14,145 bases of DNA from a virus. Lineage: Duplodnaviria; Heunggongvirae; Uroviricota; Caudoviricetes; Schitoviridae. The notes under the pieces are model-generated. The model worked only from the letters and a program-made list of their open reading frames with translations, did not search any database and was not told where the DNA came from. Positions 1 through 7,947 of the stretch are shown here, piece after piece. The stretch is from the IMG/VR virus record IMGVR_UViG_2974642717_000001, positions 1 to 14,145 of that record, one strand, 5' to 3'. The stretch's first letter is position 1. Each line of letters starts with the position of its first letter. The position numbers were made by a program, and so were the translations under genes.

Positions 1-24
1 AGGGTGTATCCTCATATTGTTTGG

Positions 25-53
25 TTGCACTTACTATAAGGTTACTATATCTT
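25..53 (+). promoter_or_regulatory. Candidate sigma70-type promoter for the gp69-like/terminase unit
   Basis: TTGCAC (25-30), 17-nt spacer, TATCTT (48-53), upstream of the RBS AAGGAG before ATG 86. Confidence 0.45.
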
Positions 54-85
54 AAGTGTCAACAGATTATTTTAAGGAGTTACAA

Positions 86-781
86 ATGAACCTAATGACT
101 GAAGAGGACTTTAAAGCAGCACTTCCTGCTCAGATGAAGAAGAATGTTAGTACAGCGTTGTTGGATAAGGTTAATGACCTTATTGCTAATGATGATGCTA
201 GAGAAGAGTTTAGAGAGAATATTATTGGTATGAGCCATGTACTTAAAGAAGGTAAGTTTAAGTTGGACAGTTATGTTAATGCTGTTCGTTACATTGGTTT
301 TACTATGCAAGGTAAGAAGAATCAGGAAGCTTATGCTCTTACGTTCCCAGATAAGACTAAGAAGTGGGGACAGATGGGTAAGAGTGCTAAAGATATAAGC
401 GCGGCTGTAAGTATTTATAATAAGAGTAAGTTGGTCAACTTGGTTCGGGAAGCTGCGATGATACCAGCGCATATCTATAACGCTGACGTGTTTCAGGAAG
501 CTATTAATACTCAGGCACATCTAATGCGTACTGCCCATAGTGAGAAGGTACGAAGTGATGCAGCTGCTTGTTTGATTAAAGAATTGAGATCTCCTGAAGT
601 GCAGAAGGTAGAGTTGGATATTGCTGTGAAAGAGGATAGCGCTATAGCTAGCCTACGTGATACTACGGCTCAACTAGTGGCTCAACAGCGAGCTATGCTC
701 CAGTCACAAGAAGTGAGTGCGAGAGATATAGCAGAACAGAAGATGGTAGTTATTGAAGGAGAATATGATGAGCTTGATTAA
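86..781 (+). CDS. N4 gp69-like protein, putative terminase small subunit (231 aa)
   Basis: Start moved from 56 to ATG 86 (AAGGAG RBS). Motifs FKAALPAQMKK, VLKEGKFKLDSY, YNKSKLVNL, FQEAINTQAHLM, SEKVRSDAA match the gp69 family as I recall it, and it lies upstream of the terminase as in N4-like phages. Confidence 0.8.
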   Translation: MNLMTEEDFKAALPAQMKKNVSTALLDKVNDLIANDDAREEFRENIIGMSHVLKEGKFKLDSYVNAVRYIGFTMQGKKNQEAYALTFPDKTKKWGQMGKSAKDISAAVSIYNKSKLVNLVREAAMIPAHIYNADVFQEAINTQAHLMRTAHSEKVRSDAAACLIKELRSPEVQKVELDIAVKEDSAIASLRDTTAQLVAQQRAMLQSQEVSARDIAEQKMVVIEGEYDELD

Positions 782-1013
782 TTTTGTATTTGAATATGAT
801 GATGGCCAATTAGAAGTGCACGAAGGTGTAGAAGGTTGGGAAGCTCCAAATAGAAGTGTAGACATTCAGGGTGTGTACCATGTTGGTCCACCTGACTACC
901 ACTTCTGGAAAGATGCTATGCATGTACTTGGTCCAAGTGAACACTACTGTGTATTCCCTGTAGATGAAGAGAGATATGATCAACTTAAGTTGGAGGCAAT
1001 GCTTTATGGATAA
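765..1013 (+). CDS. Hypothetical protein (about 82 aa, acidic)
   Basis: AAGGAG RBS then ATGATG at 765/768; overlaps the end of the upstream gene. Confidence 0.7.
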   Translation: MMSLINFVFEYDDGQLEVHEGVEGWEAPNRSVDIQGVYHVGPPDYHFWKDAMHVLGPSEHYCVFPVDEERYDQLKLEAMLYG

Positions 1014-1275
1014 TTTCATTATAGAACTGCACTACGAGAATGGGCATGTAGATGTTAGGTACCTGTCCTATGAGCACATGCGTGGAGTTAGGCATGATGG
1101 GCAACGCCCCATTAAGATTGTATGTAGATGGCATCCTTCAGATGAGTTCGTTTATAAGAATTGTAACTGTGCACTTCACCCGACTAAACGTAAGGGAGTG
1201 TTTGTTAAGGTAGACGGTGAGCTTATGAATGCTAACAGCCCCGAATATAAAATGTGGAGGTTACTGAATGACTAA
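1006..1275 (+). CDS. Hypothetical protein (89 aa)
   Basis: GGAGG (992-996) before ATG 1006; overlaps the upstream stop. Confidence 0.7.
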   Translation: MDNFIIELHYENGHVDVRYLSYEHMRGVRHDGQRPIKIVCRWHPSDEFVYKNCNCALHPTKRKGVFVKVDGELMNANSPEYKMWRLLND

Positions 1276-1378
1276 GCCACGAGTAGTATGTCCAAAATGT
1301 GGTAGTACAGATATTGGTTTAGTCTGGGGCTACTTGAATTTCAATCATAGATGTAGGGAGTGTCACCATGGATTTTGA
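1268..1378 (+). CDS. Small Zn-ribbon protein (36 aa), not in the supplied ORF track
   Basis: MTKPRVVCPKCGSTDIGLVWGYLNFNHRCRECHHGF*; two CxxC pairs; GGAGG at 1256-1260, 7 nt before ATG; overlaps both neighbours and fills the gap between them. Confidence 0.75.
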   Translation: MTKPRVVCPKCGSTDIGLVWGYLNFNHRCRECHHGF

Positions 1379-2972
1379 TCTAGACGTTGACCAGAAGACC
1401 GTTGAGGACTACCTCAATGAAGTGGTCTACAAAGACCAGCTAACGTATTGCCCGAGTGACTTTGCTCTGGCATTTGTAACATTCATCAAGCTAGTAAATG
1501 GCGCTGAGGGTGAGGAAAACAAGACCCCGGTAGTACATTACAAGATGCTTGATACGATTACCGAAGGTAAGAGACGTATTTGTAACCTCTGTCACCGTGG
1601 TATTGCTAAGACAACAGTCATGGGTGAGTACCTATTCCTGTATTTAGCGGTATATGGCGAGTTACCGGGGTTTGGTAAGATTGATTTGTGTTTGTATGTG
1701 TCGGATTCCATTGAGAATGGCGTGAAGAACATGCGTAAGAACTTGGAACACCGTTGGGATAGCTCAGAATTCCTTAAACATTACGTTCCTAACACTCGAT
1801 TCACCGATGTTCGTTGGGAATTCAACAATATCGACGGTAATAAGATGATCGTTAAAGGATACGGTGCTAAAACCGGTGTTCGTGGTGCGAAAGAGATGGG
1901 TAAACGTCCACAACTAGCTATTCTTGATGATTTATTCTCAGATGAAGACGCTAAATCACCTACGGTCATTGAGAACGTAGAGGCAACAATCTATAAGGCG
2001 GTAACATATGCACTACACCCAGCGAACAACATCATCATTTGGTCTGGAACTCCCTTCAATGCTAAAGACCCGCTATATAAAGCGGTGGAATCTGGTGCTT
2101 GGGCGGTCAACGTATTTCCTGTATGTGAGCAATTTCCCTGTACCAAGGAAGATTTCCGTGGGAGTTGGCCGGACCGTTTCACGTACGAGTATGTTTCGGA
2201 GCAATACGCTACAGCAATCAAAACTGGTAAAGCTGATACGTTTAACCAAGAGCTCATGTTGCGTATCATGTCCGATGAAGACCGACTAATCCTCGATTCT
2301 GACATCAGTTGGTACAAGCGTTCTAGTCTTCTAAGTAATATGGAAGCATATAACTTCTATATCACTACCGACTTCGCTACCGGTGCAGAGAAGCACAATG
2401 ACTTCTCGGTTATCAGTGTATGGGCTTACTCATCTAACGGTGACTGGTACTGGGTAGACGGTGTAGTTAAGAAGCAGGACATGTCTAAGAACGTTAATGA
2501 TCTATTCCGATTAGCACAGATGTACAAACCACAATCAGTAGGCGTGGAAGTATCCGGTCAGCAAGGCGGTTTCATTAACTGGATTCAAGATGAGATGATG
2601 CGTAGACGTTGTTGGTTTGCCTTGGCTTCAGAGAACAACTCTAACAAACCGGGTATACGTCCTGTCCCTTCACAGAAGAAGATTGATCGATTCCAAGTAG
2701 TAGTTCCTTGGTTCAAAATGAATCGAGTTTTCTTCCCTCAGGAACGTAAACATTCACCTGAAATTACTCAGGCAATGAATGAGCTGACTTTGGTATCCAA
2801 ACAGGGCTTTAAATCGAAGCATGACGACTTCTCAGACACGATAAGCATGCTATCAGTACTATCGCCTTGGAAACCTTCTGAAGCCGTCTCAGGGAGCTTT
2901 ACAGACGGTATTTACGAAGTGGATGATGACGATGATGATTACAACAGAGGTATGTCTTCTTACGTGGTATAG
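1368..2972 (+). CDS. terL: Terminase large subunit, N4 gp68-like (534 aa)
   Basis: Walker A-like CHRGIAKTT, Walker B LAILDDLFSDE, RNase H-like nuclease acidic motifs YITTDFATG and KHDDFSDTIS; N-terminus KTVEDYLNEV..PSDFAL.FVTFIKLVNG..GEENKTP typical of N4-like terminases. Confidence 0.95.
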   Translation: MDFDLDVDQKTVEDYLNEVVYKDQLTYCPSDFALAFVTFIKLVNGAEGEENKTPVVHYKMLDTITEGKRRICNLCHRGIAKTTVMGEYLFLYLAVYGELPGFGKIDLCLYVSDSIENGVKNMRKNLEHRWDSSEFLKHYVPNTRFTDVRWEFNNIDGNKMIVKGYGAKTGVRGAKEMGKRPQLAILDDLFSDEDAKSPTVIENVEATIYKAVTYALHPANNIIIWSGTPFNAKDPLYKAVESGAWAVNVFPVCEQFPCTKEDFRGSWPDRFTYEYVSEQYATAIKTGKADTFNQELMLRIMSDEDRLILDSDISWYKRSSLLSNMEAYNFYITTDFATGAEKHNDFSVISVWAYSSNGDWYWVDGVVKKQDMSKNVNDLFRLAQMYKPQSVGVEVSGQQGGFINWIQDEMMRRRCWFALASENNSNKPGIRPVPSQKKIDRFQVVVPWFKMNRVFFPQERKHSPEITQAMNELTLVSKQGFKSKHDDFSDTISMLSVLSPWKPSEAVSGSFTDGIYEVDDDDDDYNRGMSSYVV

Positions 2973-3013
2973 AGGTATACTCAGTTGTTTAACTAAACAA
3001 ATGTGAGGAAATT

Positions 3014-5329
3014 ATGGGAAACAAATCAACACTGTGTAACAAGCAGTATGCAGTCAACAAGTATGTTGGTACTGCTTACGACACTGTTAAAAAGGTGTCG
3101 GACAATATGGAGGACATCAATACCATTGCCGATGCCCTTGGGGATGATTTCCCCGATGGGGGTTTAGGTGGTATTGCAGATAACATTGATAAGGTAATCA
3201 CAGTTGCCGACAATATCGATGATGTTAATACGGTAGCTGACAATATCCTAGAGATCGTTGAAGTAGCTGATAACATTGACGCTGTACTAGATGCACCAAA
3301 CCAAGCTGAGCTAGCTCGTAAGTGGGCGCAAGAAGCTGAGGATGTGGAAGTACTTCCGGGTGAGTATTCTGCATACCACTATTCTAAGAAGTCAGAAGCA
3401 ATCAATGATTCACTTGATGGTGTTATCCGTAACGAAGGTTACTTTAGCCCTGCTGGTGGAGTATACCCTGCACCTCCAGTACTAGGTGACCCGCACTCAT
3501 GGTTTGCTAGTGATAGTGGTAGTGTAGGTATTACTTTCTGGAAAGAAGGTGAGATGCTTCAGTATGTACCGAACCAAGCAGACCCTGATAATGTATTAGG
3601 TGATTACTTCCGTGTAGGTGGTGTTAACTCAGGAGCTTCTGCACCTTTAAATCAGCCACGACAGTTTGGTGATGGTGTAACTACTACGTTTGCTGCTCCA
3701 GATCCAGATGGTATCCAGTACCCTGCAGAAGTGTTCCACGTGTTCTTTGATGGCCTACGTCAGTTAGCTGTAACTGATTACACTATTACAGGTGCAGGCG
3801 TGATTGAGTTTACTGAAGCTCCACCTCTATTAGCTGCTGTGGATGTGACACTGTTTGCACCTAACTACTTAGCTGATGATGTTAGCTCAGGGGTAGTAAC
3901 AGCTACAACGTCTGGAAATGCCAAGACTCTTGCAGATTGGATGGATGTGGTAGAAGACCGAAGAGAGTTTACTGTGAACGTTCCCACAGACTACCCTGAT
4001 GTAGCGGATGCAATTGAAGCGTTGAAGGGTTGGAATCGAGGCAAAGTAATTATTAATGTTGAATCAGGTTTCCAAATTGGAAGGGGTATTGACATACGCT
4101 ATAATGATTACTCGAACTTTGTACTTACCTCGGCAGACGCTGTAGTTACACTCTCCCCTGCTTTCACGCCTTGTGATATTTCAGATGTTGTAGCAGTCTA
4201 TCCGGGCATTGTTGGCGCAGATAGTACAGACCCTTTCATGTTTGGTTTTAACGCAAAACTTCCTACATTAGAAATGTTAGTAGACATGGAGAACAACCAT
4301 GGACACGGTATCCAGTTAGGAGAAGCTATGATCACTGTTGCTGAAGATTGCGGCGTAATCAATGCAGGTTTCCGTGGTATTCAGGTTCATGGTAGGGCTA
4401 ATATTTACAGAACAAACTTCAGTGGTGCAAACGGATCTGGGATACGTCTTCAACAGGCATCGAGCTGTAATGCACGAGGAGCTATTGTAGATGATTGTTG
4501 CAAAACAAAGGATCTTACTAACTCAGCAGTCTATGTTTCGCGCTCAAGTCAATTAGAATTCCGAGCAGGTAGCGCACAAAACTCAGGAGCTCGTGGTTTG
4601 ATTGCTCGCCGTTCTATGGTTACAGCTGTTGATGCAAACTTCAGTGGTGCGGCACTAGATGGTATTTTTGCAGAAAGTCAAGGAGCCGAAATCGACTTCG
4701 CACAAGGTGTGGCCGAAAATTGTATAGGTGCTCCTGTAAACGCAGCCAGCGGAGGAGTTATTCAAGCAGGTGCAGCTACACTCTCACGTCCGGGAGCTCC
4801 TCAAGCTACCTTGAATATTAATGGGGGCATTATCTGGGTAAACAGTGGGACAAGTGTGAACGGGAATACAGGAGAGGTTGCTATTATTTTAGCCTCTAAT
4901 GTCAGCTACTTAAATTCTTGGGTGTACCGTGGAGCTATCCTTTTTAATGACGGTGTAGGCTCTCAAGATTATGGAAGCAATGCTAATGGCTCTTGGGAGA
5001 AGAAATCTAACAGTCGTTTGAAAACTTGGTCAGAGCTCGTCACAGTTAACACAGGAACCTTATCTTCCGGAACTTACAGTAACCTTATAACACTGCCTGC
5101 TTTACCTGAGACATTCGACGAAATCCACGCTGTCACCATTGAAGCTGTAGGTCGAACATCTGCTGGCGGCGGAGGTAATCGTGTGGGAGTTATCCCTATG
5201 CACCGCCTATTAGGGAGCGGTAATGAGTTCAGAGTAAAGAATGAAGGTATCCAATTGGATGGCTCAGGTGTTAATTTAAACATCGAGTCTGTAGTATTCA
5301 CTGTAATAGTAGAAGGGACGTGGCGATGA
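3014..5329 (+). CDS. Anchored tailspike TSP1 (771 aa): gp66-like anchor, stalk, two small linker/branching domains, beta-helix head
   Basis: GAGG RBS. N-terminal VNKYVGTAYDTVKKV is shared with 7938..10118 and resembles the N4 gp66 anchor. 10-residue VADNIDxV repeats; GDGVTTTF..VFFDGLRQ..DY..IEFTEAPP domain; G/A/N-rich rungs (NFSGANGSGI, NFSGAALDGI). Confidence 0.85.
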   Translation: MGNKSTLCNKQYAVNKYVGTAYDTVKKVSDNMEDINTIADALGDDFPDGGLGGIADNIDKVITVADNIDDVNTVADNILEIVEVADNIDAVLDAPNQAELARKWAQEAEDVEVLPGEYSAYHYSKKSEAINDSLDGVIRNEGYFSPAGGVYPAPPVLGDPHSWFASDSGSVGITFWKEGEMLQYVPNQADPDNVLGDYFRVGGVNSGASAPLNQPRQFGDGVTTTFAAPDPDGIQYPAEVFHVFFDGLRQLAVTDYTITGAGVIEFTEAPPLLAAVDVTLFAPNYLADDVSSGVVTATTSGNAKTLADWMDVVEDRREFTVNVPTDYPDVADAIEALKGWNRGKVIINVESGFQIGRGIDIRYNDYSNFVLTSADAVVTLSPAFTPCDISDVVAVYPGIVGADSTDPFMFGFNAKLPTLEMLVDMENNHGHGIQLGEAMITVAEDCGVINAGFRGIQVHGRANIYRTNFSGANGSGIRLQQASSCNARGAIVDDCCKTKDLTNSAVYVSRSSQLEFRAGSAQNSGARGLIARRSMVTAVDANFSGAALDGIFAESQGAEIDFAQGVAENCIGAPVNAASGGVIQAGAATLSRPGAPQATLNINGGIIWVNSGTSVNGNTGEVAIILASNVSYLNSWVYRGAILFNDGVGSQDYGSNANGSWEKKSNSRLKTWSELVTVNTGTLSSGTYSNLITLPALPETFDEIHAVTIEAVGRTSAGGGGNRVGVIPMHRLLGSGNEFRVKNEGIQLDGSGVNLNIESVVFTVIVEGTWR
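3173..3286 (+). repeat. Four 10-residue (30-nt) stalk repeats in TSP1
   Basis: IADNIDKVIT VADNIDDVNT VADNILEIVE VADNIDAV. Confidence 0.85.
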
Positions 5330-5505
5330 TGGAAGTGACAATATTAAAAGAGATCTCTATAGGAAAAGTTAGTTTAGGGATTGGAGACGTTGTTAGCGTG
5401 ACAGTAGAACGTGAATGCGATGCTATGAGCGCTAAACGTGTATTTAAAACTGTAAGTGAGGGTCTTCTTCTAACAGAAGGTTATGACTGTTACCTTAAAG
5501 GTTAA
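5326..5505 (+). CDS. Small hypothetical protein (59 aa) coupled to TSP1
   Basis: ATG 5326 overlaps the TSP1 stop (ATGA); GAAGGG 8 nt upstream. Confidence 0.6.
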   Translation: MMEVTILKEISIGKVSLGIGDVVSVTVERECDAMSAKRVFKTVSEGLLLTEGYDCYLKG

Positions 5506-5514
5506 GATTGTATT

Positions 5515-5573
5515 ATGATTATCGATAAAGAATCGATGATCGATAGTAAGGGGGCTGCACGTATGCAGTCCCT
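5515..5573 (+). repeat. 59-nt two-hairpin element, copy 1
   Basis: Gapless match to 10126-10184 (43/59 identical, 36 of the first 42). Hairpin A GATTATCGAT-AAAGA-ATCGATGATC (5517-5541); hairpin B GGGGCTGCA-CGTA-TGCAGTCCC (5551-5572). Confidence 0.85.
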
Positions 5574-5603
5574 ACTACTTAAAAAATTTAAGGAGATAAA
5601 TAA

Positions 5604-7097
5604 ATGACTACTAAAGTAAATAATCGAATGATCGAAGGATCTACGATTAACGTATTAGACTTCGGTGCAGTGGGTGATGGTCTAACAGATGACTACGACG
5701 CTCTCGTTAATGCGTTCGCTGAGTTTTCTGCCACAGGGGGTATCCTTTCATTCGAAGAAGGGAAGACTTACTATATAGACCGTTACCGTGATACCGGGAA
5801 CACTAATCGAAACCTTGCATTAACAGGTGTGACAGGTACAACCATTCTTGGTAACGGTGCCACAATAAAATTCCGTGGGGATTTCCACAGAAGTGGTCCT
5901 GATCAAAGAGGCCTAGGCCTGTCTATGATTGATCTGAATGATGTTCAGGTTTACAATCTAAACCTTGAAGGAGGCGTTCAAACAACTACGCGTGATCCGG
6001 GAGTGACTGAGGCAGGTGGCAGTGGTTTCTTTATCCAAGGATGTAAGAATATGAGTATGTTTGAATGTTCAGCAACAGACTTCTGGACCGATGGCTTTCA
6101 AGTGACTAGTTCAGGCACAGCCCCTTCACTCACAGCCAGTCAAGGTGTTACGCTTCATAACTGTGAAGCCCATAGATGCGCACGTAATAATATCTCGTTA
6201 ATTCAGATTCGAGGTTTTACTGCAAACTATTTCCGAGCATCAGATGCAGGACGTACAGGCACATATGACTATCACTTACCTGCAAGTAACACATGGATCG
6301 AACCTAATTATCGTCCAGACACCTTACCTACTTTTGTAGATGAGTTAACCGGTGAGATTACCTTTAACCAGTTGCAGACAGATAATGCTATCGGATCAGA
6401 GTATGGAGCAAGTGGCTCATTGGAAATTGGTCGTGTGGTTTTTGAAGGAGGTAATTTAGCAGCCGCAGATGACGCAGTAGGTGGCACAGGTAATCCTGAA
6501 TGGGCCGTGTTAGTTGTTGGGGCAGACACAACATTCCGTAACATGACATTTAAGTTAGACACACCTAACGCCCCCCATATCCACTATCTACATAACGATA
6601 ACAATGGCTCTTTCATTATTAAGGACAGTGTTATCCGTACAAACGGGCGCGGTATTTATCGCCCTAGTTCAAGCTCATCGCGTAAGTTTATCGTTATGGG
6701 GTGTCTGTTTGATTGTAGACATACAACCCAAGGCGGCAGTGTAGCTGCTCCATCAGAAACTGATATGTTGACTCCTTCCCTATGGAACATGGACAGACAT
6801 TGCTATTTCGTGAATAATGAAATACGTTATGCAGCTGCCATGTATGGTAATCGTACAGGTCGTATCTACGGCGGGAATGTGTCTGCATTGTTCTGTAAAG
6901 AGAACAACTGGTGGAGTCCTGATTGGAATACAGGTTTAACTGTAAATGATTACCTCGCTCCTGTGCTCCAGACAAGGAAGACACGTGATGAGTATTTCCG
7001 AAATTGGAGTTCCACTGGGGTACGTCCAACTGCAACAAGCAACATGACATCAGCATTTTACGAATCTCCATTGTCGGCAGATTATGTAGCTACCTAG
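5604..7097 (+). CDS. Anchorless tailspike TSP2, putative polysaccharide depolymerase (497 aa, pectate-lyase-like beta-helix)
   Basis: AAGGAG RBS. A short peptide MTTKVNNRMIEGS leads directly into INVLDFGAVGDGLTDDYDAL, the classic beta-helix tailspike start. No virion anchor domain. Confidence 0.85.
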   Translation: MTTKVNNRMIEGSTINVLDFGAVGDGLTDDYDALVNAFAEFSATGGILSFEEGKTYYIDRYRDTGNTNRNLALTGVTGTTILGNGATIKFRGDFHRSGPDQRGLGLSMIDLNDVQVYNLNLEGGVQTTTRDPGVTEAGGSGFFIQGCKNMSMFECSATDFWTDGFQVTSSGTAPSLTASQGVTLHNCEAHRCARNNISLIQIRGFTANYFRASDAGRTGTYDYHLPASNTWIEPNYRPDTLPTFVDELTGEITFNQLQTDNAIGSEYGASGSLEIGRVVFEGGNLAAADDAVGGTGNPEWAVLVVGADTTFRNMTFKLDTPNAPHIHYLHNDNNGSFIIKDSVIRTNGRGIYRPSSSSSRKFIVMGCLFDCRHTTQGGSVAAPSETDMLTPSLWNMDRHCYFVNNEIRYAAAMYGNRTGRIYGGNVSALFCKENNWWSPDWNTGLTVNDYLAPVLQTRKTRDEYFRNWSSTGVRPTATSNMTSAFYESPLSADYVAT

Positions 7098-7145
7098 ATA
7101 GAAATGGTTAGAGAATGACAGAAGATTGGCTAGAAGAAGCCGAAG

Positions 7146-7175
7146 AGAAACCTCCTGTATAGGAGGTTTTCTTTT
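7146..7175 (+). terminator. Rho-independent terminator after TSP2
   Basis: AGAAA-CCTCCT-GTAT-AGGAGG-TTTTCTTTT. Confidence 0.9.
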
Positions 7176-7180
7176 ATCCA

Positions 7181-7209
7181 GTGCACCTTGATAACTAATG
7201 AGGTATCAT
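7181..7209 (+). promoter_or_regulatory. Candidate promoter for the gp67-like/TSP3 unit
   Basis: GTGCAC (7181-7186), 17 nt, TATCAT (7204-7209), directly after the terminator; parallels TTGCAC-17-TATCTT at 25-53. Confidence 0.45.
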
Positions 7210-7239
7210 TACGTCTGATTTAACATGCATGAGGTCATT

Positions 7240-7947
7240 ATGAAATTATCTGAGTTATTTAGTTACCTAACCTACGGGGAACTATCAAACTTAAAAGTAG
7301 GGGGCAAAGAGTGTGGAGGTATCTATCCTAAGTATAGTGATGAAGTACTAAGCTTTATCAAGCAAGGTCTTACTGACTTACACACACGATTTCCATTAAA
7401 ACAGAACGAGGTGGTTGTACAACAGTTTGACCACATTACAGAATACGTCTTACGTTATAAGTACGCTGAGAGTAACCTAACATCTACTGAACCATATAAG
7501 TGGATTATGGATACTGAGGAGCGTCCTTTCCAGTCAGACATTATAAGTATTGAAGAGATCTATGATGAAATAGGTAACGAGTTATACAACAACTATGACA
7601 ATCAGAAATACTCAATCCATACACCGGCATACGATATTATTCAGGTACCTTACCCTTATGCGGATAACGCTATGGCAGTTATCTATAAGGCAGATCACCC
7701 GACTATCGATCTAACTACGTATAAGCCTACGGAAGTTGAGGTGGAGTTACCGGTTGTGTTAGTACGGGCACTAATCCTTTATGTAGCTTCACTGGCTCAC
7801 TCTGCAATTGGTAGTCCAGAAGGTGTACAGACAGGCTTTGCTAAGATGCAAGAGTATCAAGCCATGTGTATGGAGATTGAACTGCGTGGTGTAGTTGCTA
7901 AAGAGAATTGGACTAATAAACAAATTGGAGGTAACGGATGGGTGTAA
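7240..7947 (+). CDS. N4 gp67-like head-tail adaptor/virion protein (235 aa)
   Basis: Start moved to ATG 7240 (GAGG RBS). Motifs LTYGEL, GLTDLHTRF..KQNEVVV, FQSDIISIEEIYDE, VIYKADHP, EVELP...RALILYVA, EYQAMCMEI and terminal GW match the gp67 family as I recall it. Confidence 0.85.
   Translation: MKLSELFSYLTYGELSNLKVGGKECGGIYPKYSDEVLSFIKQGLTDLHTRFPLKQNEVVVQQFDHITEYVLRYKYAESNLTSTEPYKWIMDTEERPFQSDIISIEEIYDEIGNELYNNYDNQKYSIHTPAYDIIQVPYPYADNAMAVIYKADHPTIDLTTYKPTEVEVELPVVLVRALILYVASLAHSAIGSPEGVQTGFAKMQEYQAMCMEIELRGVVAKENWTNKQIGGNGWV

Noticed and set aside
2008-2289. Plus-strand 93-aa ORF nested in terL
   Set aside because: Out-of-frame overlap with the conserved ATPase region; no motif and no convincing RBS.
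2921-2941. GAT/GAC triplet run
   Set aside because: Simply encodes the acidic C-terminal tail of the terminase.
1368-2972. Intein or intron in the terminase
   Set aside because: Uninterrupted 534-aa frame of normal N4-like size with no splice-junction or homing-endonuclease motifs.
2985-3000. Hairpin TTGTTT-AACT-AAACAA before TSP1
   Set aside because: Six mostly A-T pairs and no U-tract; too weak to call, and unlike the GC-rich N4 virion-RNAP promoter hairpins.
7115-7162. 15-aa mini-ORF MTEDWLEEAEEKPPV ending in the terminator loop
   Set aside because: Weak RBS and no similarity to the other mini-ORFs; likely incidental or a gene remnant.
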